A DNA stretch of 63,201 bases, the filler included, from Chiloscyllium plagiosum (taxonomy: Eukaryota): the NCBI RefSeq assembly GCF_004010195.1. It is 9 parts of one record of this genome, joined end to end, with 100 filler letters (N's around TTAATTAATTAA, not from the genome) between each part and the next. Parts side by side here need not be neighbours in the genome. Positions count along the whole stretch, not along the records: positions 19,576 to 25,530 come from NC_057715.1; positions 25,631 to 34,020 come from NC_057715.1; positions 34,121 to 38,125 come from NC_057715.1; positions 38,226 to 43,653 come from NC_057715.1; 5 more parts are not named here. One strand, written 5' to 3'. A program made the translations under genes and the position numbers. The first letter of the stretch is position 1; each line of letters starts with the position of its first letter. Positions 24,650 through 38,619 of the stretch are shown piece after piece. The notes below the pieces were generated by a model. It was not told where the DNA came from. It saw only the letters and a program-made list of their open reading frames with translations, and made no database searches.

Positions 24650-25480
24650 TCATAAGACCATAAGACCATAAGACACAGGAGTGGAAGTAAGGCCATTCGG
24701 CCCATCGAGTCCACTCCGCCATTCAATCATGGCTGATGCGCATTTCAGCTCCACTTACCAGCGTTCTCCCCGTAGCCCTTAATTCCTCGAGACAACAAGA
24801 ATCTATCAATCTCGGCCTTGAAGACATTTAGCGTCCCGGCTTCCACTGCACTCCGTGGCAATGAATTCCACAGGCCCACCACTCTCTGGCTGAAGAAATG
24901 TCTCCGCATTTCTGTTCTGAAATGACCCCCTCGAATTCTAAGGCTGTGTCCACGGGTCCTAGTCTCCTCGTCAAACGGAAACAATTTCCTAGCATCCACC
25001 TTTTCCAAGCCATGTATTATTTTGTACGTCTCTATTAATCTGCCCTTAACCTTCTAAACTCCAACGAATACAATCCCAGTATCCTCAGCCGTTCCTCATA
25101 TGTTAGACCTGTCATTCCAGGGATCATCCATGTGAATCTCCGCTGGACACGTTCCAGTGCCAGTATGTCCTTCCTGAGGTGTGGGGACCAAAACTGGACA
25201 CAGTACTCCAAATGGGGCCTAACCAGAGCTTTATAAAGTCTTAGTAGTACATCTCTGCTTTTATATTCCAACCCTCTTGAGATAAGAGACAACATTGCAT
25301 TCGCTTTCTTAATCACGGACTCAACCTGCATGTTTACCTTTAGAGAATCCTCGACTAGCACTCCCAGATCCCTTTGTGCTTTGGCTTTATTAATGTTCTC
25401 ACCATTTAGAAAGTAGTCTATGCTTTTATTATTTTTGCCAAAGTGCAAGACCTCGCACTTGCTCACGTTAAAGTTAAACA
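24650..25480 (-). mobile_element. Young CR1 3' fragment with (CATAAGAC)n tail
   Basis: ORFs 25035..25481 and 24745..25008; 8-bp tail repeats. Confidence 0.92.
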
Positions 25481-25630
25481 TCTTGCATGTTTACCCTAGA
25501 TTTCAGCATCTGCAGTTTTTTTTTGTCTATNNNNNNNNNNNNNNNNNNNNNNNNNNNNNNNNNNNNNNNNNNNNTTAATTAATTAANNNNNNNNNNNNNN
25601 NNNNNNNNNNNNNNNNNNNNNNNNNNNNNN

Positions 25631-26593
25631 TGGGACTAGTTTAGAATAGAGGGATATGGACCACTTGCAGGTAGTTGGGAGTAGTTTAGAATAGAGGGAT
25701 GTGGACCATGTGCAGGTAGATGGGACTAGTTTAGAATAGAGGGATATGGACCACTTGCAGGTAGTTGGGAGTAGTTTAGAATAGAGGGATGTGGACCATG
25801 TGCAGGTAGATGGGACTAGTTTAGAATAGAGGGATATGGACCACTTGCAGGTAGTTGGGAGTAGTTTAGAATAGAGGGATGTGGACCATGTGCAGGTAGA
25901 TGGGACTAGTTTAGAATAGAGGGATATGGACCACTTGCAGGTAGTTGGGAGTAGTTTAGAATAGAGGGATGTGGACCATGTGCAGGTAGATGGGACTAGT
26001 TTAGAATAGAGGGATATGGACCACTTGCAGGTAGTTGGGAGTAGTTTAGAATAGAGGGATGTGGACCATGTGCAGGTAGATGGGACTAGTTTAGAATAGA
26101 GGGATATGGACCACTTGCAGGTAGTTGGGAGTAGTTTAGAATAGAGGGATGTGGACCATGTGCAGGTAGATGGGACTAGTTTAGAATAGAGGGATATGGA
26201 CCATGTGCAGGCAGATGGGACTAGTTTAGAATAGAGTGATATGGACCATGTACAGGTAGATGGGACTAGTTTAGAATAGAGGGATATGGACCACTTGCAG
26301 GTAGTTGGGAGTAGTTTAGAATAGAGGGATGTGGACCATGTGCAGGTAGATGGGACTAGTTTAGAATAGAGGGATATGGACCATGTGCATGTCGATGGGA
26401 CGAGTTTAGAATAGAGGGATATGGACCATGTGCAGATAGATGGGACTAGTTTAGAATAGAGGTATATGGACCATGTGCAGGCAGATGGGACTAGTTTAGA
26501 ATAGAGGGATATGGACCATGTGCAGGTAGATGGGACGAGTTTAGAATAGAGGGATATCGACCATGTGCAGGCAGATGGGACTAGTTTAGAATA
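25631..26593 (+). repeat. 45-bp minisatellite (about 21 units, 90-bp higher-order dimer) derived from a CR1 3' end
   Basis: Unit TGGGACTAGTTTAGAATAGAGGGATATGGACCATGTGCAGGTAGA; runs into the CR1 tail GGGCCGAAGGGCCTGTTTCTGTGC. Confidence 0.92.
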
Positions 26594-26799
26594 ACATCAT
26601 GGACTGCATTGACCTGGTGGGCCGAAGGGCCTGTTTCTGTGCTTCACTCTTAAGTTTTCTAACTTCCCAGCATCTGCCCCAGCATACTGAAATTGTTAGA
26701 AATGATATGTCAATAGACAATAACTGGCCACTTAGAAACACATTTGATAAAATAATTTGTTTTTAAGCCTGTTGGATTTAATTTGTTGTATGAATATAA

Positions 26800-28900
26800 A
26801 TGGCAGAATTGTAAGGGTGTAGGAGGGGTGTTGTGGTATAGGGGATGTCGTGTATTTGAATTATCAGAAACCTTTACACAAGTTTCAATAGGGCTAAAGA
26901 GCAACTTGGTAGAGAATAGGTCCCCTTAAAGATCAATAAAGTCACCCATGTGTGGAGCCAGAGGAGGTGGGTGAGATATAAGACAAAATAGACTTTACAA
27001 TATTTACTGTGGAGAAAGACATGGAAGCTCAGGAACTTGGGGAAATAAATAGTGATGTCTTGGAAAGAATCCTCATCAGAGAAGAGAAAGTGCTGGAATC
27101 TTAAAACAAATAAAGGTAGATCAATCCTCAGGAGCTCATTAGGTCTGTGCTAGAATATTGTGGGAAGCTAGGGAAGAGATTGCAGTGTCCCTCACAGAGA
27201 TATTTATATTATCAACAGACACAGTGAGGTGTTGGAAGACTGGAGGGTTGCTAATGCTGTTCCGTCACTTAAGGACTGCAGGGAAAAGCCAGGAAATTAC
27301 AGCCCCATGAGCCCAGTGATGGGGAAGTTGTTAGAGGAGATCCTGAGAGAAAGGAGCTCCTTCATGAGAGGCCCTTAATGAATATTATGTCTCAGTATTC
27401 ACTGCTGAGAAGGGTCTTGTCCTTTGTTTGGACAGCGTGAAACAGGATGATGTACGTGAACAGGTAGATGTTAAGAAGGACGATATGCTGAGAATTTCGT
27501 AAAAGATAAGGACAGATAAGTCGCTGAACTAAACGAGATGCGTCAAAAATTAGTACAAGAAGCGAGGGAATGGTTTGCTGCACACCTGGTGATAACCTTT
27601 GCACACTCACTGTCCACTGGAATCTTACCAGATGATTGGAGGCAGGAAAACATTAGTCCATTGTTCAGGGAAGGGAATAGGGATAATCCTGGGAATTGCA
27701 TACATGTCAGTCTTATGTCTGTGGTGTGCAAATTATTGGAGAGGAGTCTGAGAGACAGGATTTATTATTCCTTGGGAAACTATGGTTTGATTAGAGGTAG
27801 TCAGCATGGTTGTGTAATGGGCAGGTCATGCCTTACAAGTCTTACTGAATCTTTTGAGAATGTGATGAAACACCTTTATGGCTCATTCAGAAAGTACGGA
27901 GACATGGGATACAGGGAAACCTGTCTGTCTGGATACCGGATTACTGGCCAACACAAGACAGAGTGTGATGGTAGACAGAAACAATTCATCCTAGAGCTGA
28001 GTGACCTGGTGGTTTTCTGCAGGGAGTTGTTACAGGACCTCTGCTCTTTGTGATTTTATGAATAAGTTGGATGTGTGTGTTGAAGAGTTGGTCAATATGT
28101 TTGCCAATGACAAGGAGGATGTTGGAGTGGTGGATAGGGTGGAGGGCTGTTGTAAGTTGCAATGGGGCAATGACAGGATGTAGAGCTGGGCTGGAAGTGG
28201 CAGATGGAGTTCAATCTGGAAAAGTGTGGAGTCATTCATTTTGAAGATTGAATTTGAATGCAGGATACAGGGTTAAAGGTAGGATCCTTAGGCGTGAGGA
28301 GAAACAGAAAGATCTTGGGTTCCAAGTCCATAGATCCCTCAAGGTTGCCACCGAAGCTGATACACTTGTTAAGAAGGAATATATTGTGTTGGATTTCATT
28401 AGTTTGAGAATTGAGTTTTAAAGCTGTGAGTTTATGCTGCAGCTCTATAGAGCCCTGGTTAGACCCCACTTGGAATATTGTGTTCAGTTCTGGTCCTTAC
28501 ATTACAGGAAGGATGTGGAAGCTTTAGAGACGGTAAAGAGGACATTTACCAGATTGCTGCCTGTACTGGAGGGCACATCTTATGAAGAAAGGTTGAGGAA
28601 GCTAAGGCTTTCTCATTGGAGTGAAGAAGGGTGAGGGGTGACTTGGCAGAGGTGAACAAGGTGACGAGAGTCATAGATAGAGCGAATAGAGAGAGATTTT
28701 TTTTACCCTGACAGAAATAGATATTACAAGGGAGTATAATTTTCGGGTGATTAGCGGATAGTTAAGGGGAGATTTCAGAGGTAGGCTCGTGTGGCTGAGT
28801 GGAATGCACTGCCAGTGTCGGCAGTAAAATTAGATGCATTAGGGACATTTTATATACTTCTGGATGAGCACTTGGATGATAATAAAATGAAGGGTATGGA
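26800..28900 (+). mobile_element. CR1 ORF2 fragments
   Basis: SQHGCVMGRSCLT; LYRALVRPHLEYCVQFW. Confidence 0.85.
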
Positions 28901-28902
28901 AG

Positions 28903-30380
28903 TTAGAGTCATAGAGATGTACAGCATGGAAACAGACACTTTAGTCCAACCCGTCCATGCCGACCATATATCCCATCCCAATCGAGTCCCACCTGCCAGC
29001 TCTCTGCCCATATCCCTCCAAACCCCTCCAATTCATATACATATCCAAATACCTCTTAAACGTTGCCATTGTACCAGCCTCCACCACTTCCTCTGGCAGC
29101 TCATTCCATACAAGTACCGCTCTCTGCATGAAAAAGTTGTCCCTTAGGTCTCTTTCATATCTTTCCCCTCTCACCCTAAACCTATGCCCTCTAGTTCTGG
29201 ACTCCCCCACCCTATGGAAAAGATTTTGTTTATCTACCCTATCCATGCCCCTCATAATTTTGTAAACCTCTATCAGGTCACCCCTCAGCCTCTGACACGC
29301 TCCCTGCAGCTCAAATCCTCTTACCCTGGCAAAATTCTTGTAAATCTTTTCTGAACTATTTCAAGTTTCCCAACACCTTTCTGACAGTAAGGAGATCAAA
29401 ATTGCACGCAAACTTCCAACAATGGCCTAACTAATGTGCTGTATTGTCGCAACATGACCTCGCAACGCCTGTACTCGGTACTCTGACCAATAAAGGAAAG
29501 CATACCAAACGCCTTCTTCACTATCCTATCTGCCTGCGATTCCACTTTCAAGGTGCTATGAACCTGCACCCCAAGGTCTTTTTGTTCAGAAACATTGCCT
29601 AGGACCTTACCATTAAGTGTTTGAGTCCTGTTAAGATGTACTTTCCTAAAATGGAGCACCTCGCATTTATCTGAGTTAAACTTTATCTGCCACTCTTTTT
29701 TTAATCTTACGGTCGGATAAAGGATTGGCATGTCACCTTGGCCGAACGGTCTTGTTCTGTACTGTTCTGTGTTCTACCTGTAGTATCTTAAACTGGGTAA
29801 TAAGCTCAAATCAGTGTAAAAGGATATGGCATTCAGGAGAAGCTAGTCAACTGGACAGAAAATTGGGCTTGATGGTAGGAGACAGAGGGTGATGGGAGAC
29901 ATGTTGTTTTTCTGACAGGAGGCATGTGACCAGCGGTGTAGTGGGTCCCCTGTTGTTTGCCATTTGGATAAATGGTTTGGATGAGAATATTGTTTTCTCG
30001 ATAAGTAAGTTTTTAGGGTGACACTGAAATTGGTGGTAAAGTGGACAGTGATGAACGTTATCTGTGATACAACAGGATGAACAGTACTGCTTGGATAGTG
30101 GGCTGAAGAATAGCAGATGGAGTTTAATTAGATAAAGGTGAAGTGCTCCATTTTGGTGAAACAAACCAGGGCGAGATTGTACAGTTAATGTTCGGGCCCT
30201 GGGTAGTGTTGTCAATCAGTGACCCAGGGATGCAGGTTTCACAGTTCTTTGAATGTGGTGTCACAGGTAGACAGGCTGGTGAAGCAGGCGTTTGGGATGG
30301 TTCCCTTCATTGGCCAGAGCATTGAGAGTTGGAGTTGGGAAATCATGTTGTATCTGTACAAGATATTGGTGAGGCCACCA
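28903..30380. mobile_element. Composite of CR1 fragments in both orientations
   Basis: Minus-strand CR1 3' end 28903-29700; plus-strand RT fragment 29785-30380. Confidence 0.85.
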
Positions 30381-33300
30381 TAAAAACATTGTTGATCAGT
30401 GGGAAGAACTCATCTGCTCCTTTAGGGAAGAAATCTGACATTCTAACCTGGTCTGGCTAACATGTGACTCCAGACCCACTGCAATATGGCTGACTCTGAG
30501 CTGTCCTCTGGCTAATTAACAAGACACCTACATCCCATGAATGAATAAATAAAAATACATTTGTCCCTCCTTACCTCTGCAAACACATCCAGCTGCAACA
30601 ATTCATACTGGCTTTGTAACACCGTTCATGCCCTGACCACTCTCTGAAACACTCTTACCACCTCCAGCACCTTCACCACTCCCTGTTCATTTTGTGACAT
30701 TAAACCCTGACAATGATTCCCCTTCCCATTGCGTTCCCCCTGCTAGCAGACCCTTTGCAGTCCCTTTAACACTTATTCCATCAACACGCTCTCATTTTAA
30801 GATTTTAAGTACTTTGTGATGATCTTCTCATCCTCATAATCTAAGATGATACATTTTGTCCTGAGTGAGGGGCCGGTGGGAATTTCGCGCTGTCTGCTTC
30901 AATGGAATGTTTTTTCGTTGAGTGATTTACAGTGTTCCTTCAAATGATTTCCACTGTTCATTTACAGGCACATGTTTCAGTCTGTTTCGCCTGTTTACCT
31001 TGGTCCGTTCTCCTCTCAAACTCATGTAATTGGCTGTTTTTGTTTCTAGTTGTAGCGTGTCCTTTCTGTGATTCACTTTAAAACTTTATATTTCTTTAAA
31101 CTGCACTTTTTCACAATTTCCCAAAGGATCTCTAACCGTGACATTACTTATTCACTAAGTTTCATCACACAACGATCGCTCTGAGATCGTTATGTCCCTA
31201 GCCAGTTGCACAATTTGTTATTCAAAGCAACACTGATAAAAGTTATCTGAACTACACTTTCAATATCACTGTTGTCAGAGTGACTGTCCCAGATTATGGG
31301 AATATTGAAGTTTCCCAAAATTATCATAATGTGTTTGTTAAAAAATTCCAATGAATTCCTGTTTAATGCAGTGATGAGCAATGAAATGCTGTTCGGTGGC
31401 AAAAACTGTTCTGCTGCTTGTGTCCTTGGCAAGTAGTAGCCAGAATTTACATCCAGACTGACTCTACTTCATGATCTGAGGTCAAATGCTTTCTCTCTAA
31501 TGCCGTTGTTACCCATTATTGTTAGCGTTGCCCATTTTGCGTGAGTTTCCGCAAGGTTGTGAACCATTGAGTATTTATGTCCACCTTTTTTTCGTCCTCT
31601 AACCACGGCCTCTCTGGTGTCTAAATCTCTTTTATCTCTGTGTCACAAATGAATCTACCTTATTGAAGAGACATTATCCATTCAAAAAAAAAACATAATT
31701 TACTCTTTCCCAAAGTTTCCTCTCACAAACCGATTCCCTGATGCACAGTTTTAGTTAAACTCTGTCCCATCCTGTTCCTTTCTGCTTGTCTTCAGTCACA
31801 TTCCCATGCTTCTCCCATACTTCACTTTTTCTCTGTGGATTTGGAAAGCTCCTTTCACCTGAACCCTGTCCCTGCATCCTCTCTGTCAGTTTGAAGCCCT
31901 GTCCATAAACCGACCGACATGACTGGCCAGGACACTGGTCCCAGTACAGTTCCAGTGGGACCATCCTAANNNNNNNNNNNNNNNNNNNNNNNNNNNNNNN
32001 NNNNNNNNNNNNNNNNNNNNNNNNNNNNNNNNNNNNNNNNNNNNNNNNNNNNNNNNNNNNNNNNNNNNNNNNNNNNNNNNNNNNNNNNNNNNNNNNNNNN
32101 NNNNNNNNNNNNNNNNNNNNNNNNNNNNNNNNNNNNNNNNNNNNNNNNNNNNNNNNNNNNNNNNNNNNNNNNNNNNNNNNNNNNNNNNNNNNNNNNNNNN
32201 NNNNNNNNNNNNNNNNNNNNNNNNNNNNNNNNNNNNNNNNNNNNNNNNNNNNNNNNNNNNNNNNNNNNNNNNNNNNNNNNNNNNNNNNNNNNNNNNNNNN
32301 NNNNNNNNNNNNNNNNNNNNNNNNNNNNNNNNNNNNNNNNNNNNNNNNNNNNNNNNNNNNNNNNNNNNNNNNNNNNNNNNNNNNNNNNNNNNNNNNNNNN
32401 NNNNNNNNNNNNNNNNNNNNNNNNNNNNNNNNNNNNNNNNNNNNNNNNNNNNNNNNNNNNNNNNNNNNNTGCATGAAAATGTTGCCCCTTAGGTCTCTTT
32501 CATATCTTTCCCCTCTCACCCTAAACCTATGCCCTCTAGTTCTGGACTCCCCCACCCTATGGAAAAAGATTTTGTTTATTTACCATATCCATGCCCCTCA
32601 TAATTTTGTAAACCTCTATAAGGTCACCCCTCAGCCTCTGACACGTTCCCTGTAGCTCAAATCCTCTTACCCTGGCAAAATTTTTGCTAATCTTTTCTGA
32701 ACCCTTTCAAGTTTCCCAACACCTTTCTGATAGTAAGGAGATCAAAATTGCACGCAATATTCCAACAACGGCCTACTTAATGTGCTGTATATTCGCAACA
32801 TGACCTCCCAACTCCTGTACTCGGTACTCTGACCAATAAAGGAAAGCATACCAAACGCCTTCTTCACTATCCTATCTGCCTGCGATTCCACTTTCAAGGT
32901 GCTATGAACCTACACCCCAAGGTCTCTTTGTTCAGCAACATTGCCTAGGACCTTACCATTAAGTGTTTGAGTCCTGTTGAGATGTACTTTCCTAAAATGG
33001 AGGACCTCGCATTTATCTGAGTTAAACTTTATCTGCCACTCTTTTTTTAATCTTATGGTCGGATAAAGGATTGGCATGTCACCATGGCCGAAGGGTTTTG
33101 TTCTGTACTGTTCTGTGTTCTTCCTGTAGTATCTTAAACTGGGTAATAAGCTCAGATCAGTGTAAAAGGATATGGAATTCAGGAGAAGCTCGTCAACTGG
33201 ACAGAAAATTGGGCTTGATGGTAGAAGACAGAGGGTGATGGGAGACATGTTGTTTTTCTGACAGGAGGCATGTGACCAGCGGTGTAGTGGGTGCCCTGTT

Positions 33301-34402
33301 GTTTGTCATTTGGATAAATGGTTTGGATGGGAATATTGGTTTCCCGTTAAGTACGTTTTTTGGGTGACACTTAAATTGGTGGTAAAGTGGACAGTGATGA
33401 ACGTTATCTGTGATACAACAGGATGAACAGTATTGCTTGGATAGTGGGCTGAAGAATAGCAGATGGAGTTTAATTAGATAAAGGTGAAGTGCTCCATTTT
33501 GGTGAAACAAACCAGGGCGAGATTGTACAGTTAATGTTCGGGCCTGGGTAGTGTTGTCAATCAGTGACCCAGGGATGCAGGTACACAGTTCTTTGAAAGA
33601 GGTGTCGCAGGTAGACAGGCTGGTGAAGCAGGCGTTTGGGATGGTTTCCTTCATTGGCCAGAGCATTAAGAGTTGGAGTTGGGACATCATGTTGTATCTG
33701 AACAAGATATTGGTGAGGCCACCATAAAAGCATTGTTGATCAGTGGGAAGAACTCATCTGCTCCTTTAGGGAAGACATCTGACATTCTAACCTGTTCTGG
33801 CTAACTCCAATATGGAGTCACTGCAATATGGCTGACTCTGAGCTGTCCTCTGGGTAATTAACAAGACACCCACATTCCATGAATGAATAAATAAAAATAC
33901 ATATGTCCCTCCCTACCTCTGCAAACACCTCCAGCTGCAACAATTCATACTGACTTTGTAACACCGTTCATGCCCTGACCACTCTCTGTAACACTCTTAC
34001 CACCTCCAGCACCTTCACCTNNNNNNNNNNNNNNNNNNNNNNNNNNNNNNNNNNNNNNNNNNNNTTAATTAATTAANNNNNNNNNNNNNNNNNNNNNNNN
34101 NNNNNNNNNNNNNNNNNNNNAAAAAAAAACATAATTTACTCTTTCCCATAGTTTCCTCTCACAAACCGATTCCCTGATGCACAGTTTTAGTTAAACTCTG
34201 TCCCATCCTGTTCCTTTCTGCTTGTCTTCAGTCACATTCCCATGCTTCTCCCATACTTCACTTTTTCTCTGTGGATTTGGAAAGCTCCTTTCACCTGAAC
34301 CCTGTCCCTGCATCCTCTCTGTCAGTTTGAAGCCCTGTCCATAAACCTACCGACATGGTTGGCCAGGACACTGGTCCCAGCACAGTTCCAGTGGTTCCAT
34401 CC
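29126..34402 (+). repeat. Tandem segmental duplication (period about 3.3 kb, gapped)
   Basis: 29126-30677 matches 32471-34019; 31685-31966 matches 34121-34402; scattered substitutions. Confidence 0.9.
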
Positions 34403-35720
34403 AAATGAATTATTTTAAATCAGGTATGGGATGTGGGTGTCCCTGGCTGACCAGCCTTTCTTGCCCAGCCCTAGCTGCCCTTGAGCTGAGTAACTTTCTT
34501 GGCCATTTCAGAGGGTCATTGAGAGGCAAACACTTTGCTGTGGGTATGACTTGCAGACGACATGAGGATGGGCAGATGTCCTTCTCGAACAGAAAAGTGT
34601 TTGGGCTTTCTTTTGTACATCAGCAATGTTTTCATATGAATTTATGGATTGTTAATTACCATTTGTTTTAGGTATTGATTTCAAATTTATCAATTTCTGA
34701 TGGTGGGATTTAAACCTGCCTCCACAGAACATTCGCTGAGGATCGGCATACATTCTCTAGCAATAATACCAGGCCAGCACTTCACCTGCTCATAGGTTGC
34801 TCAACCTTGAGCTCTGATACATCATGAAGTGCATCATGAAGCTAAAATCATCCTGAACTCTGGTGATATCACTCAGTCTCTCTCCATGTGGTATCCCTCA
34901 GTGTGTGGGTCGAATTGCTGCCTCTGTCAGCATCTCTCACTCTTGCAGCTACTCCACATCCTAAGCCAACAGAATTGTCCACTCCAGAGGGATACAGCAG
35001 CACAGGCCAGGGATGGAGACTGGGATTTTCCAGATCTCTGTGGGTCACAGTATCATTCTCCCTATGTAACACTCACTGCTTCTGTCTAATTTCCTATTCT
35101 ATCTATCTTTCAGTCTCCTATACATACTCAGGAAGTTACTGACTCAGTAGACTTCCCAGCTGCTGGGTGTTTCGTCCTTCACCACATTGAAGATGTTTGG
35201 TCAGCCAGAGAGACAAAGTGCATGGAGATCTGGAGCCTTCAATAAATCCTGCAGTGTGGTAAGATCACTCACACTGCACAGAGCAGAGAGCAATGAGAGG
35301 GCTCCAAACATCGGCTAACAAGACATGATATAGATACAGTGCTGGAGGGGGAGCACAGTACAGACACACCCCAGGCTCAATCACCGCTCCTATTTTAACT
35401 TACTTTGTACTGAGTCAGCATCGGGAGTGTCACGGTTATCGATCCAAGTCTGTGCTGGCTTAGTGAGCATCAGTATAACAAAGGGGAAAGCAGGCCTCCT
35501 ACGAGAGGGTGGCACTGCTGCCTGGGGTCATTCTGTTCTGCGCTCCCTCTCCAACACTGTAACTATGTAATATCTCCTTGACCAGTGTCTTCAACAGTGT
35601 GTAACCCCTACATCAGTTCCAGTCCCTGTAACCTCNNNNNNNNNNNNNNNNNNNNNNNNNNNNNNNNNNNNNNNNNNNNNNNNNNNNNNNNNNNNNNNNN
35701 NNNNNNNNNNNNNNNNNNNN

Positions 35721-38125
35721 TCAAACCTTTTCCTGTCCATGAACCTGCCCAAATGTCTTTTCCATGTTGCAATTGTTCTTGATTTTCCATGTGCCCCTGG
35801 CAGTTCGTTCCGTCTATGCACCACACTCTGTGGATAATGTTGCCACTCAGCTCCCTCTTTAAATCCTTGCTCTCACAACTCCCATTTATACCCTCTAGTT
35901 TTAGACTCACCTACCCTTGGCTATTCACCTTACTCAGTGCCCGCAAGATTGTGTAAACCTTGATAAGTTCACCACATAGCCTCCTCTGCCCATGGGAAAT
36001 ATTTAGGACTACGTTACAAATATCTCCTACTCATATATCAAAGTGCTGGCCAATGAGGGCAAGTGTACCAAATGCTGCTTTCTCCAAGCTGTCCACCTGT
36101 GATTGCCATTTCCAAGGAACAATGTAACTGTAGCTCTTAGTCTCTCTCTGTTCGACAACACTGCCCATAGCCCTGCCATTAACTGTGTTAGTCCTCCCTG
36201 GTTTCTCTTTACAAAATCCTACATCTGAATTCAACTCCATCTTTCATTCCTTGGTCCACGGCCCCAATTGGTCGAGACCCCCTTTGATAACCTTTTTCAC
36301 TACCCACTACAACATTAATTTGATCATCCATAAAATTACAAACAATGCCTCCTATATTCTCACCAAATCGTGTATGAAGATGATTCACATCAGTGGACCC
36401 AGCCCTGATCCTTATGGCATACCGCTGGTCACAGGCTTCCAGTCTGAACAACAATCCTCTCCCACCTCCCTCTGTCTCCTACTGTCAAGCCAATTTGAAT
36501 CCAGTTGAGAGCTCTCCCTGATCCCATGTGATCTAACCTTACTAACCAGTATATCATGCTCAACCATGTCAAAGGCCCTTCTGACGTTGGTGTAGACAAT
36601 GTATGGTCACAACTTCAACGAAAGCAATCAAGTTAGTGAGCCCTGACTTTGTATGCACAATGCCCTGCTGACTGTCTTTCATCAATCTTTGCTTTTCCAA
36701 ATGAACGTGACTCCTGTCTGGCAGAATCACTTCCACAACTTACCACCACTGACGTTGGGCTAATTGGTCTTTAGTTCCCTGGCTTTCCATTGCAGCCTTT
36801 CTTAAATAATGGACTAAAACTATATTCTTGTCATAGAGCCATGCAGCATGGAAACTGACCCTTCAGTTGGTACCAAACATAATCTAAAACTAAACACATC
36901 CCAGCTACCTGTTGCTGGCCCATATCCCTCTAACCCCTCCCTATTCCTGTAGTTAATCAAATGTGTTTTAAACACTGCATTTATACCGACATTCCCTCCT
37001 TCCTCAGGAAGTTCATTCCACTCCCAAACCACCCTCTGTGCAACAATCAGCCCCCATGTCTTTTTTTGAACATATCCCTCTTCTCACCTTAAAATGTGGC
37101 CCTTCCACTTGAGACTTCCCCAACCTGAGGGAAAGGCAACTGCCATTAACTCTATCTATATCCCTCATCTTTTTCATAAACTTCCATCAGGCCATCTCTC
37201 ATCCGCCAGGCTCCAGTGAAAAAAAGACTGGCTGGATAGCCTTTCTTTTCAGAACTCAAGACTTCCATATCCAGCCACATTCTGGTAAATCTCTTCTGAA
37301 CCCCCTGCAGCTTAATAATATCCTCACAATAACTGGGTGACCAGAACTGGACAGAGTATTGCAGAAGAGGCTTCACCAATGTCTATACAATCTCAACATG
37401 ATGTCCAAAATCCTACACTCAATGGACTGAGCAATAGTCAAGGATGCCAAGCACTGTCTTATCCATTCTGTGATGCAAACTTCAAGAATTATGTAACTGA
37501 ACCGAGAGAGCCCTCTGCTCTAAAACACTAAGCGAGGCCCAAACATTAATTGTATAAGCTTTACCCTTGTTTGTTTTGCCAAGTGCACTATCTCGCATTT
37601 ATTCAGATTGAATTCCATCCACAACCTTTCAGCCAATTTACTCATATTATCAAGATCCCTTTGTAATCCATTTTAGCAAACCTCCTTTACAGTCCACGAT
37701 TCCACCCTCCAGTCTTGCAGCACATCACACATGGCTGTCAATTGTACAAATATCTTTGCTTGGTGCTCCACAATTTCTTGCCTAACATCCCACAATGCCC
37801 TATGATACACGTAATGAGGTCCTGGGGCTGTCCATACCTTTGTGTTTTAAAACCTCCAGCACCACCTTTTCTTTAACATGCACTCTTTTCAAGTCATAGA
37901 GATGGATAGCATGGAAGCAGAGCCTTCGGTTCAACTCATCTATGCTGACCAGAAGATCTAAATGCATCCATCCCATTTACCAGCATTTGGCCGAAGTACC
38001 TCAAAACACTTGTTATTGATATACCCAACCAGATACCTTTTAAATGTTGTAATTGTATTAGTCTATGTTACTTTCTATCTCAGTTCATTTCATACACGTA
38101 TCACCATGTGCATGAAAAAGCTGTC
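35721..38125 (-). mobile_element. Series of CR1 fragments
   Basis: VKPLLQYSVQFWSP; several CR1 3' tails. Confidence 0.8.
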
Positions 38126-38225
38126 NNNNNNNNNNNNNNNNNNNNNNNNNNNNNNNNNNNNNNNNNNNNTTAATTAATTAANNNNNNNNNNNNNNNNNNN
38201 NNNNNNNNNNNNNNNNNNNNNNNNN

Positions 38226-38618
38226 GTCTGGCGATGGAGGAGTCCAAGGACCTGCATGTCCTTGGTGGAGTGGGAGGGGGAGTTGAAGTGTTGAGCCACA
38301 GGGTGGTTGGGTTGGTTGGGTTGGTTGGTCCGGGTGTCCTAGAGATCCCTCGAACTCAGCACCGCCTTCCTAACCTGCAATCTTCTTCCTGACCTCTCCG
38401 CCCCCACCCCACTCCGGCCTATCACCCTCACCTTGACCTCCTTCCACCTATCGCATTTCCAACGCCCCTCCCCCAAGTCCCTCCTCTCTACCTTTTATCT
38501 TAGCCTGCTGGACACACTTTCCTCATTCCTGAAGAAGGGCTCATGCCCGAAATGTCGATTCTCCTGTTCCTTGGATGCTGCCTGTCCTGCTGCGCTTTTC
38601 CAGCAACACATTTTCACT
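38226..38618. mobile_element. Penelope fragments (GIY-YIG piece plus terminus, inverted)
   Basis: Homologous to 43070-43653 and 59094-59325. Confidence 0.85.
38525..38560 (+). ncRNA. Minimal type-I hammerhead ribozyme (CpG-decayed loop III)
   Basis: CUGAAGA-A-GGGC UCAU GCCC-GAAA-UG-UC. Confidence 0.6.
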
Positions 38619-38619
38619 T

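Larger units (their letters stand above)
20270..24650 (-). mobile_element. L1-clade LINE (EN+RT), degenerate, with nested insertions
   Basis: GDFNCLMDP (endonuclease); DQTGFIKG; YADE (RT motif); WLGRIAVIKMNVLP; T-rich tail at the left end. Confidence 0.8.

Noticed and set aside
25631..26593. CRISPR-like array
   Set aside because: No unique spacers; head-to-tail units derived from CR1; eukaryotic DNA
35160..35258. 99-nt plus-strand exon or N-like fragment (LLGVSSFTTLKMF)
   Set aside because: Weak acceptor and too short to decide between exon, EVE and chance
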